Source: Camelus dromedarius
Taxonomy: Eukaryota
Length of the DNA stretch: 64,000 nucleotides
Direction: 5' to 3'
NCBI RefSeq assembly: GCF_036321535.1
Contig: NC_087436.1
Location: 62,622,001 to 62,686,000 of the forward strand
The number at the start of each line of letters is the position of its first letter. Position 1 is the first letter of the stretch. This document shows positions 51,385 through 64,000 of this stretch, piece after piece. The position numbers were made by a program, and so were the translations under genes. Below the pieces are notes generated by a model. The model saw nothing but the letters and a program-made list of their open reading frames with translations. It was not told the origin of the DNA and searched no databases.

Positions 51385-51700
51385 TACACTTGATCCAGTA
51401 TTTCCATTTCTAGGAGATCTAAAAGAAAGAAAAAAATATTTTATCAGTGTATGTGATGTTTGACGCAAATATATTAATAAAAGACTAGGGAAATGAAATA
51501 CATATTCCACAGTAAGGAATCATTAAATAGATCAGCATATACCTATATGATTGACTATAAGGAAGTTTGAAAAGTAAAGATTTAAAATAATTTTAATGAA
51601 ATTAAATTATTATTATGATATTAAATTATACTTATTATGATATTAAGTACAAAAGCGAAACAAAAGCTATGTATGTATTTGATCTTACAAATGTGTATGC
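51385..51700 (+). mobile_element. L1ME-like 3' fragment
   Basis: 'cttgatccagtatttccatttctaggagatct...tccacagtaaggaatcattaaataga...atgatattaagt'. Confidence 0.55.
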
Positions 51701-52436
51701 TATTTTAAAAATCCCATATACACACATTTGTATATAAAAATAACTCACACATTCACACACCTACATTCACTGAATTCGGATCCTAATCTACGAAACATCT
51801 TAATGGTTTCTGAGCTCTACAGATTAAGCCAGAGTTGCTCTCAGCCTCCTTATGAGTGTCAGTCCCACATATAGTTTAAGATATAACACGTAGAAAGTTA
51901 CTGTAGGCATGTCATGCTTTACTCATGTATTGATTAATTTTGAAAAAGTATAAAGATATCTTTATTCTACTTTCCATGCCTACGTAAGTCAATATTCATT
52001 AAAACTTTTCTATTACTCAGTTTTATATTTTTCCTTTTTGCTCTATGCATGACTTTTCTCTCCCTTTGAATACCTATCCCTTCTTCGGTTTTCTCAAGCC
52101 ATTTTTTTTGTCTACTATTATTCATACTCTCCCAGTATATTCATTTTTAAAATAAATTTCATTATGGACTAGAATTATTGTCAGATCCAGAAATCCCATC
52201 TATCCAAGCAATATAAGACAAAAGTATAAGAAGAATCATTATAGTACATTATTGTTAGTGACATATAAATTGATAACATTTGAATTGAAACTATTCTACT
52301 GATATTATAGGCACGTTATCTCACTCTATGGTTTTGTTGTCTTCTTGACTTCTGATTTCTATTCAATATAGGGAGAAACATTACTCATATACAGAGAAAC
52401 ATTACTTGAGAAAAATTTTTTGAAGCAGACTACCAA

Positions 52437-53025
52437 TATTGATGGAGAATATAGGTTCTTGTCTCATGCAGGAAAGAATTCAAGAGCAAGTCATGTAAAG
52501 TGAATGCAAGGTTATTTAGAGAGATACACACTCCATAGACAGAGTGCAGTCTGCCTTAGAAGAGATAGCAACTTAGCAGATACACACCCCTACACACCCC
52601 ATGGGCAGAATGCAGGCCAGAGGGAGAGAGGCCGAGAGGTGCAGGGGTGTTTACTTTAAAGTATAAGTGGGTACACAATCCATAGATGGAGTACAGGTTA
52701 TCTTGGAAGGCAAGAGAGAGCGCGACTACGAGGCGTAGGGGTTGTCAGTTTTTATGGGCTTGGTAATTTCATATGCTAGAGTGGGAAGATATTCCAACTA
52801 TTTTGGGGAAGGGGCAGGGATTTCCAGGAATTGGGCCCCCACCCACTTTTTAGACCTTTTATGTTCAGCCTAGGAACTGTCCTGGCACCTGTGGGTGTGC
52901 CCTGAGGCTCAGGGTCTACTGCAAGTGAGATCTCCCACCATCTAGGTTCTAACCAGTTTGTCCTCTTCTCAGCTGCTGTGTCACTCCTCCAGTGCTTGTG
53001 CCCTGCCACCTTCCCTCCTATCTCA
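52437..53025 (-). mobile_element. ERV1-class solo LTR (589 bp)
   Basis: Minus strand starts TGAGATAGGAGGG. 4-bp TSD ccaa at 52433-52436 and 53026-53029. Three internal sub-repeats 'tacaca..ccat.g.cag..tgcagg'. GC-richer than its flanks. Confidence 0.85.
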
Positions 53026-53689
53026 CCAATATCTAATCAGATTTTTCCTATCACCAAATTCTCATCATATGAAACAACTCAGGCACAACATTCTGACATA
53101 CTTACACCCAAAGTTTATCTTCACATTTATGTAAGAGACTGGAAAACTAGATAAAACTGGAAGCATGCTCCTGAAACTTAAAACTTTTATTACCTCTGAA
53201 CTCTTTGACTTAAAAAGACATTTAATTATCTATTCTATAATATATTTGAATTTCTAAAGCACTCTATGAACTTTGTTCTAGGCACTTAAAATATAAAAAT
53301 ATTTGTAAGTTACAGATACTGCAATCAAGAAACCAACGTCTAGTTGGGACAACTTAGTCTCTGTTTTTGTGTGTATTCCCAGTTGTAGTCCATGTCCTAA
53401 ATTTAATATGAGCTAAATTCGCTAAGTTTTCAAATTGTAGGATAATTTGCATAGATAGGTATGCATGAGAACATGTGAGAGAAAGCCTCCATGCATTTTT
53501 AAAAAGAACATTGTGCATATTGAAGTTAATTTTATATATGCAAACACACACATGAAGTAGTCATGCCCAATTATCTGCATGCCCCTCATACATCTCTAGA
53601 AGTAAAGGTGTTAATACTGCCTTATTGCCTTTTTTACATTTTCTCTAAATGATAAGAAACTTGGAAATGTTTTATGTCTGCTCCATCTT

Positions 53690-54950
53690 TGAAAACTTAA
53701 TTGTACCTTGTGTATTTTTTTTCTTCAACGATTTCTCTTTCTTATCCTGGTATTCTGATTATGTAAAGCTTACAACTTTTGATACTGTCCCAGATTTCCT
53801 GGATATGTTGTTCCATATTTTTAAAATGTTTTTTTTTCTTATTTGTGTTTTAATTTGGGACAAATGTATTGACCTATCTTAAAATTCACTGATTTTTTTT
53901 TTCCCTCATTTGAGTCAGGTCTACAGATGAGCCTGTCAAAGATATTCTTAATCTCTCTTACCTTTTTTTTTTTTTTTTTTTTTTTACTACTAGCCGTTCT
54001 TTTTGAATGTTTCCTGTAGTTTTCATGTCTATGCTGATGTTACCCATCTGATTTTGCATGTTATCCATTTTATTCCATTAAAGCCTGTGGCAGGACCCCT
54101 AAGATCACCTCAGATTTGATGATTCACTAGAAGGACTCACAGAACCTAGAAAAATTCATATGTGAGTGGTCACTATTTATCCTAGTGAAAGAATACAGAT
54201 TACTATCAGCAAAGGGAAAGGGAGACGTCCAGGAGGAACCAAGCACAGGATTCCCAGTGGGGCTGCACGGACATGCTTCATTCTAACTTAAAGAAAGGTG
54301 ACACACACAGAGCACTGCCAGCCAGAGAGCCCAGTCCGTGGTGTGCAGTCACCTAGACGAGTAGCACCTGTGTGGTTGACCTCAGTTACTCGGACTCTAG
54401 CCTTTGTGAACAAAAACAGGCATTAACTGTATTAACTATCTGATCAAACTTACACAGCTTGGTCCAAGCCATCCAAAACCGCTTGGCCTCAGCCATCCAA
54501 AACCGCTCTTATTAGGCAGAATAGTCCAAGGACTCAGAGCTCATCTCCAAGGAGCCAAAGGCCACTTCCAAACAGGCTTTTCTTAGGACTGTGCAGGTGA
54601 CAACTGATGAGTTAATATTTTCCTAGAGTCTTTAACACATTATTTATAGATATTTTAAATTATGTGCCTTATAATTCCAACACCTGGGTCATATCTAACT
54701 CTGGTTCTATGGACTGCTTTGTATTTTCAGTCTGTGTTTTTCTTGTCTTTTGCTATGCCTTGTAATTTTTGTATCTCTTTGGTTATGTCTGTCTATCCAG
54801 ATTTTGGGGGTATCAGTTTGCCCTAAAACGTCAGTTCTCTGGTGTGTTCAAAAATGTCATTGATATTCAGTTACTATATATTTTTCTTATTTTAAGGACA
54901 TGAGTAACAATTCCCAAGATCTTTACGTGTCATAAGTAAAACCAGAAGTC
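53690..54950 (-). mobile_element. L1MC/L1MD-like 5' end plus ORF1 fragment, interrupted by an LTR
   Basis: 54010-54085 is antisense-similar to the ORF1 text at 8325-8400 (catgcaagaacagatggacaatgtaagcagag). It resumes at ~54625 and ends 'ctttacgtgtcataagtaaaaccagaagtc' (gacttccgg-type 5' terminus). Confidence 0.8.
54086..54624 (-). mobile_element. Solo LTR, MER21/MER77-like
   Basis: 'gacccctaagatcacctcagatttgatgattcactagaaggactcacagaac...agtgaaagaatacaga...atcagcaaagggaaa...ttcccagtggggctgcacggacatgctt'. Confidence 0.8.
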
Positions 54951-55359
54951 TGTTCATTTATTTCTTACAGACTCAATTACAGTATCAGTCCCAGAAACAC
55001 AGGAGGTAGTTTACTTAGTTGTAGGTAGAAGGTAGTGATGAAAGGAGAATTATAAGTGCGGATAGTATCGGCATTGATAGTAGTCATGCAACATCAAAAA
55101 TGGAATAATTCTTCTTTTATAGTAATTTTTAAAGATTGGCTGATTCTGTTAAAAGAAAGCCCAATCAACAAAATAGATTCAAAATAGAAAACTGCAGCCT
55201 ACATAATTTCAATGTTTAGAGCAGATTAAGGATTACTACTATTCAGCTTTTAAGTGCTTCAGAAACCCACTGACTATGATACATGTGTAAAGTATAAACA
55301 TGTGAACATCTATTTTTAAAAGTTAAATTTTGACCCATTTTATTTTTACTTGTATACAA

Positions 55360-55405
55360 TTTTTTCTTGAAGTGTAGTCAGTTTGCCATGTTGTATCAAT
55401 TTCTG
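55360..55405 (-). mobile_element. Very short 5'-truncated L1 3' terminus
   Basis: 'ttcttgaagtgtagtcagtttgccatgttgtatcaatttctg' resembles the antisense L1 3' terminus (ttattgaagtatagtcagtttacaatgttgtg). Confidence 0.5.
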
Positions 55406-58400
55406 TACACATTCTACATTTTAACATTATTGTGCTAAATTGACTTAAAAGCATGACTTGAGGAGGAAGGAAAGTTTCATTTACTTATCTGTTCCAACCA
55501 GTGTTGAGTAATAGAGGTGATGGTATTGTGATGTGGGCGGGAAAAGTGCTGTCATTTTTTTTAAAACTCTTCATAGGATTAGAGGGTTTTTTTTTTTTTA
55601 TATTTTCTATTTGTTTTTTGGTTCCAGAAACATCCATGTGTGTACTGGGAAGTACATTGAGTCTTCTGGCATCTGTGGCTTCCTAGCCAAGATTAAGAAT
55701 CACTACAAAGCTCTTTCCTGAGCAAGTTTGTTTGGAGCACTCCTGAGAATGGTTAATGCCTGGCTTTTTCATAAAGGAAAAGTATTTATTCATATGAAAT
55801 TAAATGTTAGAATTGAAATTAGTTGAGAGATAACAAATATATCTTCAATTTACCCCGATTGTTATTAATTGGATTGTTTACCATATTGACTGGTGATGGT
55901 TGATGATGAGTATAATCATGAATATACTCAGCCCCCTAAATATTTAAAATATGTTCTATTACATTATTACTAATAATTTTATCTACATAAAAAGATTAAC
56001 AGGAACTTAAATGCAGCTAATAAGCCTCTAATATGCATATATGAGCAAGAAGGACGAAGCAGGGAAACACGTCTTTGTTACTTTGCTGATAGCTTGGTGG
56101 AGGGCTGGTAGACACAGTCATTATATAGTTGACCTTTACTTAGGTGAGAGTGAGCATATTCCAGAAGACTGCGGAGCGCCCTGCTTTAGCAGTGTGACTG
56201 AAGAGAATCTAGGAAGCTTGACAGGCGTGAACGTGTGTATGAGCGTGTGTGCAGACGCGCAAAAGGCCTCTGGGGGATTATGTTATTAACAAGTAAGGTT
56301 TAGAATAAAGTAAGATTTAATTAGTCTTTGCATTTTAAAGAAGGTTGACAGTATGTGATCCCCTATTTAGTGGTGTTCTGTAACTGGTTTTAAATGACTC
56401 ACTATATCTGACTGTACATTTTCGGTAATTTTCAGGCAGTTCTTAAATTATTGATAGCTTGGAATTGGCTACGATGGGAGGATTCACCCCACAGAAATCA
56501 GCATACACTGTAAATCAGAACTCTCCCAGCTTCCCCTCCCGAGAGATGGCTTATTAGTACAGTGCTTCTCATTCTCATCCTTTGCTCCTTTGGTTGACCC
56601 ACAACCGGGTGGCTACTGAGAAAGCCTCTGTGCCCCTTACTAAAGCTGAAGAGAAGAGCTCCGTGAGGAATTGTTCAGTGGTCACAGTGCAACTCCTACA
56701 TAGACCCACGGTACCCTTCAAGTCTCTGGGCAGTATTTTTGGATAAAACATGAGCAAGTGAATTATGCAAAGAATCCAGGCTTTTCACACTTTTCTTTAA
56801 GTATAATTTGTATCCTCCTAACAATGTACAGAATTGGCATTTTAAAAATGTCAGATAACTGGGAACTTTTATATCCACAAGCCACAGTAGTCACTGTATA
56901 ACATGTAATATGAAGGATATTAGCTTAAAAGTAAAATATGTAAGTGTAGTTAAGCAGATAAATCTCAAAGAACTAATTTATAAGATATCACTAGAAATTA
57001 GACAGGAGTAAAATCAATCAATAGCATATCCTTCCTACATATATAGAAAGCATTAGGAAAAAGTTGTCATTTTGCATGTATGAATTTAAAGTCATAACTA
57101 AAGGTAAAGCTTAGGCTTCTAGACAATGGCTAGAATTTTACAATTCTGACATTTGCATGCCAATCTGTAAACTTCAGCTTATAAAATTTTTCTCTGTAAT
57201 TGTAATTTTGAACATGTATAGTGTCCCAAAACATTTTTATCATGTTCCATGTTGTTAAATGCACATGAACAATTTTAAAATTTCTCCAGAAGGCATTTTT
57301 TCAGGAATTGCCAAATTGTTTCGATTCATGGAATCAAATATTGTAAACTGTTAATTACACCTACTGGAAACTGCAGTGGCAAAGCCCTTTTTCCTTCTTT
57401 TCTTCTTTCTTTGTCTCTCTGTTCATTAAGTTGGACTACAGAATGATCCATTTTAGATAATCAGAAATGAGTGCTGTGTGTCAAAACTTGATTGGGTCCT
57501 GCAGGTGAGGGAAAGGAAAAAATCAGTGATAAGCTTCCAAAGTTATTACCTTAGAAAATCAATTATCTACTGTGAGGTAACAACAGTGAACAGCTTTCTG
57601 GAAAGATGAGAGAAAAAAGCAGCGAGAGAGGATTAATGGAGCAGTTAGCACAGTATTGATTAGACCTCAAACTAGCAAATATAAGTCTGGATCTCGCCAA
57701 GAAGGAGCAAAAGTCAATTTGCCCAAATAATTGTTTAATAACTATTGATGAGAAAAACTTTGAGACATTGCAACGTGTTATGTGGTATAGAACCAAATCA
57801 GACACACAGGACATACACACACAACAACAACAAAGAATATAAATAAGAGACCTTCCAATGGTTTCATAATTTTTATTTTTCAAATTTTTGCAATATGCAA
57901 ATTATCAGGTAAAACATTAACAAGTCAAATATTTACTTTTAGAGCTTAAACAAGGCAACAGGGACAAATGGATTCTTGTACAAACTTTAAAGTAGTGAGA
58001 TTTTGAGACCTATGCTAGAAAATATATTTCCATGGGAATAAAGAAAATGATAAACTTAAAAAACAGAAAATTTGATTTAACTGAACATTTTACTCTACAT
58101 AAAAAAAAATTTCCGACAGTCCTCCTACATTTGGGGGAGTTACATATACTTAGGGTTTAAATGGGTTCTCATTAATCATATCATCAAGAATGATTCTGTT
58201 CACTAAATAAAACCCTGATTATTTTGATACTTTATAAAAGTCCCTAAAATTCTAAAACTAAAAGCAAATGATTAAAAGAAATTGATGTGCATGTGTTTGT
58301 CAGTGTGTTTGTAGCAGTGTTATTTGAAATATATGTGGTAGACAAGAATCACATAAAGAACATAAAATCCTTTGAATAAATAAAATATATACAGATACAC

Positions 58401-58655
58401 ATTACTCAAGAAACTGTCTTGGACAAATTTATCGAGAGGGACAAAGGTTTACGTTTTGATATACTTTTAGGAACAACTTGAAACTTTTAAATCTTATGTT
58501 TCCCATTTTAATTTTTATAAGTTATAAGGATAAAATATAAATTAGGATTTCAGTCCATTTTGGTTTTCATATGTATATATGTAATGGTTTTCAAAGTTAA
58601 ATTTTTTTTTTGTTTTATTCCACACTTAAAAGAATCTATATATCCATTTTCTTTT

Positions 58656-58802
58656 AAAATTTTTTTATTTATTTTTATTCTTTTGTTTGAGGTGTCCTTG
58701 ATTTTTTATTGATTTTTATTTCTAATGTAGGTACTGGACATTGAACCCAGGACCTCATGCGTGCTAAGCATGTGCCCTGCCACCAAGCTATACCCACCTC
58801 CC
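58656..58802 (-). mobile_element. tRNA-Ala-derived SINE (camelid vic-1-like)
   Basis: Minus strand gggaggtgggtatagcttggtggcagggcacatgcttagcacgcatgaggtcctgggttcaatgtccagtacc (A box, Ala-AGC-like anticodon arm, B box) plus an A-rich tail. 14-bp TSD atccattttctttt / atctgttttctttt. Confidence 0.9.
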
Positions 58803-61800
58803 ATCTGTTTTCTTTTTAAACTTAATGTTCCTTTCTTCAAACTTCACTTATAAAATAATACTCCCACGACTTCAGCGTAGGAATGAACCAACAAAAAATA
58901 ATTGTCAAGTTTGACTGAAGGCAAATAGTTGCATTTCACATTACACTAATGCAGTGGCTGAATGGATATAGTATTTATTTAAAAATAATATACTACTACT
59001 GATAGTTATGTGTCAGTTTGATAAATGAGTTGTATAGGACATCTCATGCCTTCCAGACTTCTACTTTGACTTGTTTTATTTTGGGATTTCTTTGCCAATC
59101 AATTTTCACTGTAGCATCTTAGTTTACACATAATCAAATAAAACAACTAAAGCCTTCTGGATAGATATACTGCAAGGAGTTAGTGTTATAGTCACGTTCA
59201 TGATTGTAGAACTTAGAGGCAAATTCCTCTTTAACAACTGAACTGTGACCTCTTCGTGGATAAAGTGGTAAAGCTTTACATAAGCTAGGACTCTGATAAA
59301 TAGTTACATCACAAACTTCAGCAGTTTAGCGGTTGTTCTTCACATAAACCATCTGGCTACATGCTCTACAAGTGTCCTAAGAGAAGAAAATATGTTTATA
59401 TAGTAACAAATCAAGAAATGAATAAAGAGTTATAAGGAATATATTTCATGTGCTTATAAATACATATCTGCATAATTGGAGTTTTAGCTAGAAATTTTCC
59501 ATTTTGTCTCAGCATTAAATTGATATGATCAAAGACATGGTATTTAAAAATTCTTAAATTATTAATGAGAAGGATAAAAATCAAGAAAGTTTATTGGCAG
59601 TTTTTATATTAAGCAACTAAATGTGTTCAAATGAATAAGTGAATCAGCTTGTTCCACACTTAATTCAGTTGCTTAATAAATATTGATTTGTACTGTTCTT
59701 TGGTCATGTTTGACCACTAATATACAGTAGAATTAATTCCCCATGCTTGATGTATTTAACTTAAAAGTTTATGTAGTGTCAAGATGGTTTGAACAGGTAA
59801 GTGAAGTACAGAATGTAAGAAAAAAATGATAAGATAATTTTCAGTATAAGGTGTTGGCCACTCAGTTTTTAAAAGGACTAAAATCAAGAATAGAATAAAT
59901 GCCTAATGAAATTACAGAGCAACTCAACAGGTGAAAATACTATCAGAATAACACAATTCAGACTTTTTAACTGTCTGCAACCCAGGACCTTTATCTTTTC
60001 AATGTGATTGCCAAGTTTTAAAAATTATTTTCAGTAATGCTCAAGGTTTCAATGACAAGCTGAATTCTGCTTTGTTTTATCTTGTTTTCCTATTTTATGT
60101 GTGTTGATTTATTCAACAACCATGTATTGAGCAGAGCCTGAAATAGAGTCTTAACTTTTTATTGTATGTGTACATTTTTTAGAGAAAAAGAAGTGCTGCC
60201 TCATCACCAAAGTTTATAATCTCAATATGAATTTTAGGCACCAGAAATGAAACACCATTCCTTTAGTAGTGTTTATTTAGGAGATAACCAAAAGAAAATA
60301 CAAAAAATAATTTTGAATCATGTCTCCCAGTCTTAAAACATATTAATGTATTAAATAGAAGAATGAATTTAAAAGTAATACATTTGGATAGAGAGGGCAT
60401 GATATAAAATAAAATTCAAACATAATGAGTTCAAGGTGATGGTAAAACAAATATAAATAGTATGAAAGAGATGAAATGAAACTTTTTTTTAAAATGACAT
60501 AGCTCTTAAGGAGCATTTCCTTTTTGAAAACTGAGTGCTATATGTTATCTAAGCAAATATTTGGGATGGACTGAACGTTTACTTTAGAACTGGAAATACC
60601 CTTTTCAATTGAATATATCTGTAATTATGTCTCTATCAATCAGATACAGACCAAAACTATTCTTGTTAATGGAGGTTTGGGCCTGTATCCCCATGTACTT
60701 ACTTTTATCACTCATTCATGCAGTTGCATCTGGGTATCTGTAAAAGAGGGCTAAATGTATTATTTTAAGACAGATGGCTGGCCAAGATAACCAAATGAGT
60801 TTCCTGTATTTGCAGTGATTTCTCCATGTCAGCAACAATATGACTGCGTAGAAAAGATTTGCTTCCTATTAGGTTTCTCCTAGTTTTTACTAAGTGCAAT
60901 GTTTAAGAAAAGAATAAGAGTTAAACCTGATTTACTTCAGTGGAAAATTATATTTTCTTCTCAAAAGAAACAATCTAGAGTAGCAATCAAATTTGACAAA
61001 CATTCATGTGTTAAATTATACACGGACCCTCTCAGAAGCCTTATCAGTGGAGCATCTATTAACACCATCCTTTCTGCATTTTGAGAGCATGAAAAAAAAT
61101 AAACAAATAATATGCATTTAGTGTTTTATAAAGTATCAAAACGGAGGTTCATAGTTATATGTCATCTGAGAGTACCACAAACTGCTAACTTTCAGGATTT
61201 TAATTAGAAATGCAAAGCAGACATATCTTTTGTTATTTCATAGCAACCACTAGTATATCTGGAATTGGGAAAAGTCCAAAGAAGCTATAAATTAAGTTGA
61301 ATGACAGACAAATATATGTTTAAAAAGATTAGAGTGGATGACAAATAATGCATTTCTATAGCACGTTTATACCTCAAACCCCATCACACAAATGAGTGCC
61401 AAGAACAATAATCCCACAAATTAAAAAATAACTTTAGCAACCAAATGCTGATTAGTGCTTTTTAAAATATTGAACAATTTCAATAAACATTAGTAAAATA
61501 AAATTGAATTGTTCTCTTTCTGAAATGTTAGTACTTTGTATTCGAAAGCATAAATTAAAGAAATACTTTAAAATTATTTTTCTTTAAGTATCTTTGTATT
61601 CTGCCAAAACAAAGAAAGGGGCTATTAATTATTCATACTATAAACTTTTTAATACTAATGCTTATGATTCACTTTCTCGTGGAAGCACAACATGTCCTCT
61701 TAGACGACTCCAGGAACTATTTGATCAAACAAATTCAAAGTTGTATTATTACTTGAGTCTAGATATTTTGTGAATAATTGCCTAGTCACAACATGCATGT

Positions 61801-63794
61801 GATTTCAGTGATATGAGAAGATAAGTGGATGTTATTAAATTAACAGCTAAGAAATGAAGTAGGCTTTCTCTGATAATTTTTAAATTTGTAAAAATAAAAC
61901 AGACAAAAATCTGGCACCATGGAAAGGAAGAAAGCATTTGACATGGGACTTTGCCCAAGTAAGTTGACAGCTGGAATATTTAAGTGTTGGTGACGAGAGG
62001 TCTACTTGGGAGTAGTATTCCTAAGAGCTGCGTGATGGTATTTTGCCAAGCGTGCTTATGTTCATATGAAGGGAGATGCCAAGGAGGCAAACGGAAGAAT
62101 AGGCATGAGGGAACTGGAATTGCAGAGGGCAAAGTATGAACCAAGGGAAAAAGCAAGCTGCTCTCAGGCATGAAGTGAAGTATGCATCAAGAAGGTATAA
62201 AGTCAGTTATTTCAGGAAGTAACAGAGAAAAGCTCCATTTGAAGGAAAGTGAATCAGTACAGTGAACCACATCTCGTTAAAATGTCTGCATATCACCCGG
62301 TTTTGCCTCAGCAGTCACTTGGCACAGTATCCTCGTTGCTTTGCTATACTGTTCGAGGAAACGCCTCATCCCTTTACTTACGTACACATTAGTCATGGGC
62401 CACACGTGTACCTGTGGTGGAACTGTGTCTCTCAAAGGCTAAGAGTTCCTTAGGTAGGCCTGTAATTTGCCCAGAGCCTCATCCTTAGGAAGTAAAAACA
62501 TTATTACGTGGTTATAGTTTTTTAAGTGCTGAACATTGAAATATAAATGGGCGTGTAGTTTTATTCTCAGTGGAAGAAATCAGTGGTTTATATAATAGTG
62601 ACCATGTAGACAGTTGGACTCAATTGAAATTGCTGAGTAAGGGATTTGATCCAGTTTATGGTAGAGTTATAGTGGGATTCTTTGGTTTTCTTTTATTATT
62701 TCTTTTAATTCCTTTGGAAGGAGAGATTTTGGTGAGTTGGGAACTTGTGCTTCTAAGACAGAACTTCACTCTGCTTGTTTTGAAGCCCAGGATGCACTAA
62801 TAACAATAGAAAGAGAAAACAAAGACTGTACTACCTACATTTTTCTAAATGTGTACACTACTATACACACTCCAGATAGTCTCTCGGGGAGTGGAGTTTA
62901 ATACCTAGAACATACTGTATTCCTGATGATAACGTTGAAATCATTTGTGATCAATTTCTGTAAGAATAAATACAACAAAGAGGATGAACAGATTTAGGCT
63001 AAGTGGGGATGAGATTCCCCAGTGCTGTCATGAAGTGTATTGGTTTTATGTGCTACATGTTGGGGTAGACTGTAGATGGCGACAATGACCAAACACTGCT
63101 TGGCTTCATGAAAAGTTATTCCCCTGAGGGTAGTGTGTGAGGAATGGACTTTATTTAGTAATGTAAGAAGAGAATAAGCAAGACCTGTTGGAAATGTAAA
63201 CTCCCGCTGAAATAACACATTTCTGGAAATTTTTTAGGTTGAGTATGTACATTTCTCTTTAAATTTGAGGTAACATGAAATATCACAACACATAAAAAGG
63301 AGGCGAGTACCTAAGCATCCCTGGCTAGGTTTACATTTTGGAGAAATTTAGACAAAGTTGTCAGGGGTATGGTAAGAGCAAGTGCATTTAACTTTGTATC
63401 CTGACCCATGTTCTGGTTGTAGATGAAATTACCTACTGTTGTCTCAGATTTTCAATCCTAAATTTTATAGGAAATTAAAAGTCAGATCCCTACACCTTTG
63501 AAACATGGTGGGCTACTGTGAGTCTAAAGGAATATGAGAAATACAATGTTTTTATAGCTTCTAAGATATGCAACTTCTCACTTACCTTTTTAACAACTCA
63601 GAAATCCAGTGTCCACATATAATTTATTACCAGGAATTCTCTGGAAGAGGTAGTACAGATATTAAGTATTAGAATAGTTGACCCTGACAGTAATGAGAGA
63701 TCTGTTGGTCACTAAAGACCTGGCATATTCCATTTATCTATTTGTTTATTCTGTGTGTATACAAATACACATTTATTTTCAAGTTTTCAAAGGC

Positions 63795-64000
63795 TTTTTT
63801 CTTTCTCTTTTGTATTGACATATAATTGGCATTCAATATCGTGTTAGTTTCAGTGATATAACTTAGTGATTTGGTATTTGTATATATTTTGAAATGATCA
63901 CCACTAAATCTAATTAACATACGTCAAGTTAACATGTCATAATACCTAGTTACAGAGTTTTTTTTTACTGTGATAACTTTTAAGATCTACTTTCATAGCA
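63795..64000 (-). mobile_element. L1 3'UTR (L1MA-like); runs off the window end
   Basis: 'tattgacatataattggc...gtgatttggtatttgtatatattttgaaatgatcaccac...cttttaagatctactttcatagca', similar to the 3'UTR text at 23500-23680. Confidence 0.85.

Overview
AT-rich, CpG-depleted mammalian genomic DNA, read as intergenic or deep-intronic. I recognise no protein-coding gene, RNA gene or prokaryotic system. The only ORFs with recognisable products are decayed LINE-1 ORF1/ORF2 fragments. Much of the window is old interspersed repeat: several L1 copies, most with large internal deletions, plus L2, MIR, MaLR/ERVL/ERV1 solo LTRs and hAT DNA-transposon relics. Two short tRNA-Ala-derived SINEs with target-site duplications (TSDs) resemble the camelid vic-1 family, which points to alpaca, llama or camel (inference). 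The clearest structure is a four-level nested insertion at ~23.1-28.5 kb: MER5A-like < LTR < RT-deleted L1 < SINE. Other leads are recurring short 'direct repeat + perfect hairpin' scars, a candidate RE1/NRSE at 51147, two CpG micro-clusters in unique sequence (30.9 and 56.1 kb), and a few splice-site-bounded candidate exons. None of these is a demonstrated novel system. Repeat subfamily names come from visual recall of consensus motifs and need RepeatMasker/Dfam confirmation.
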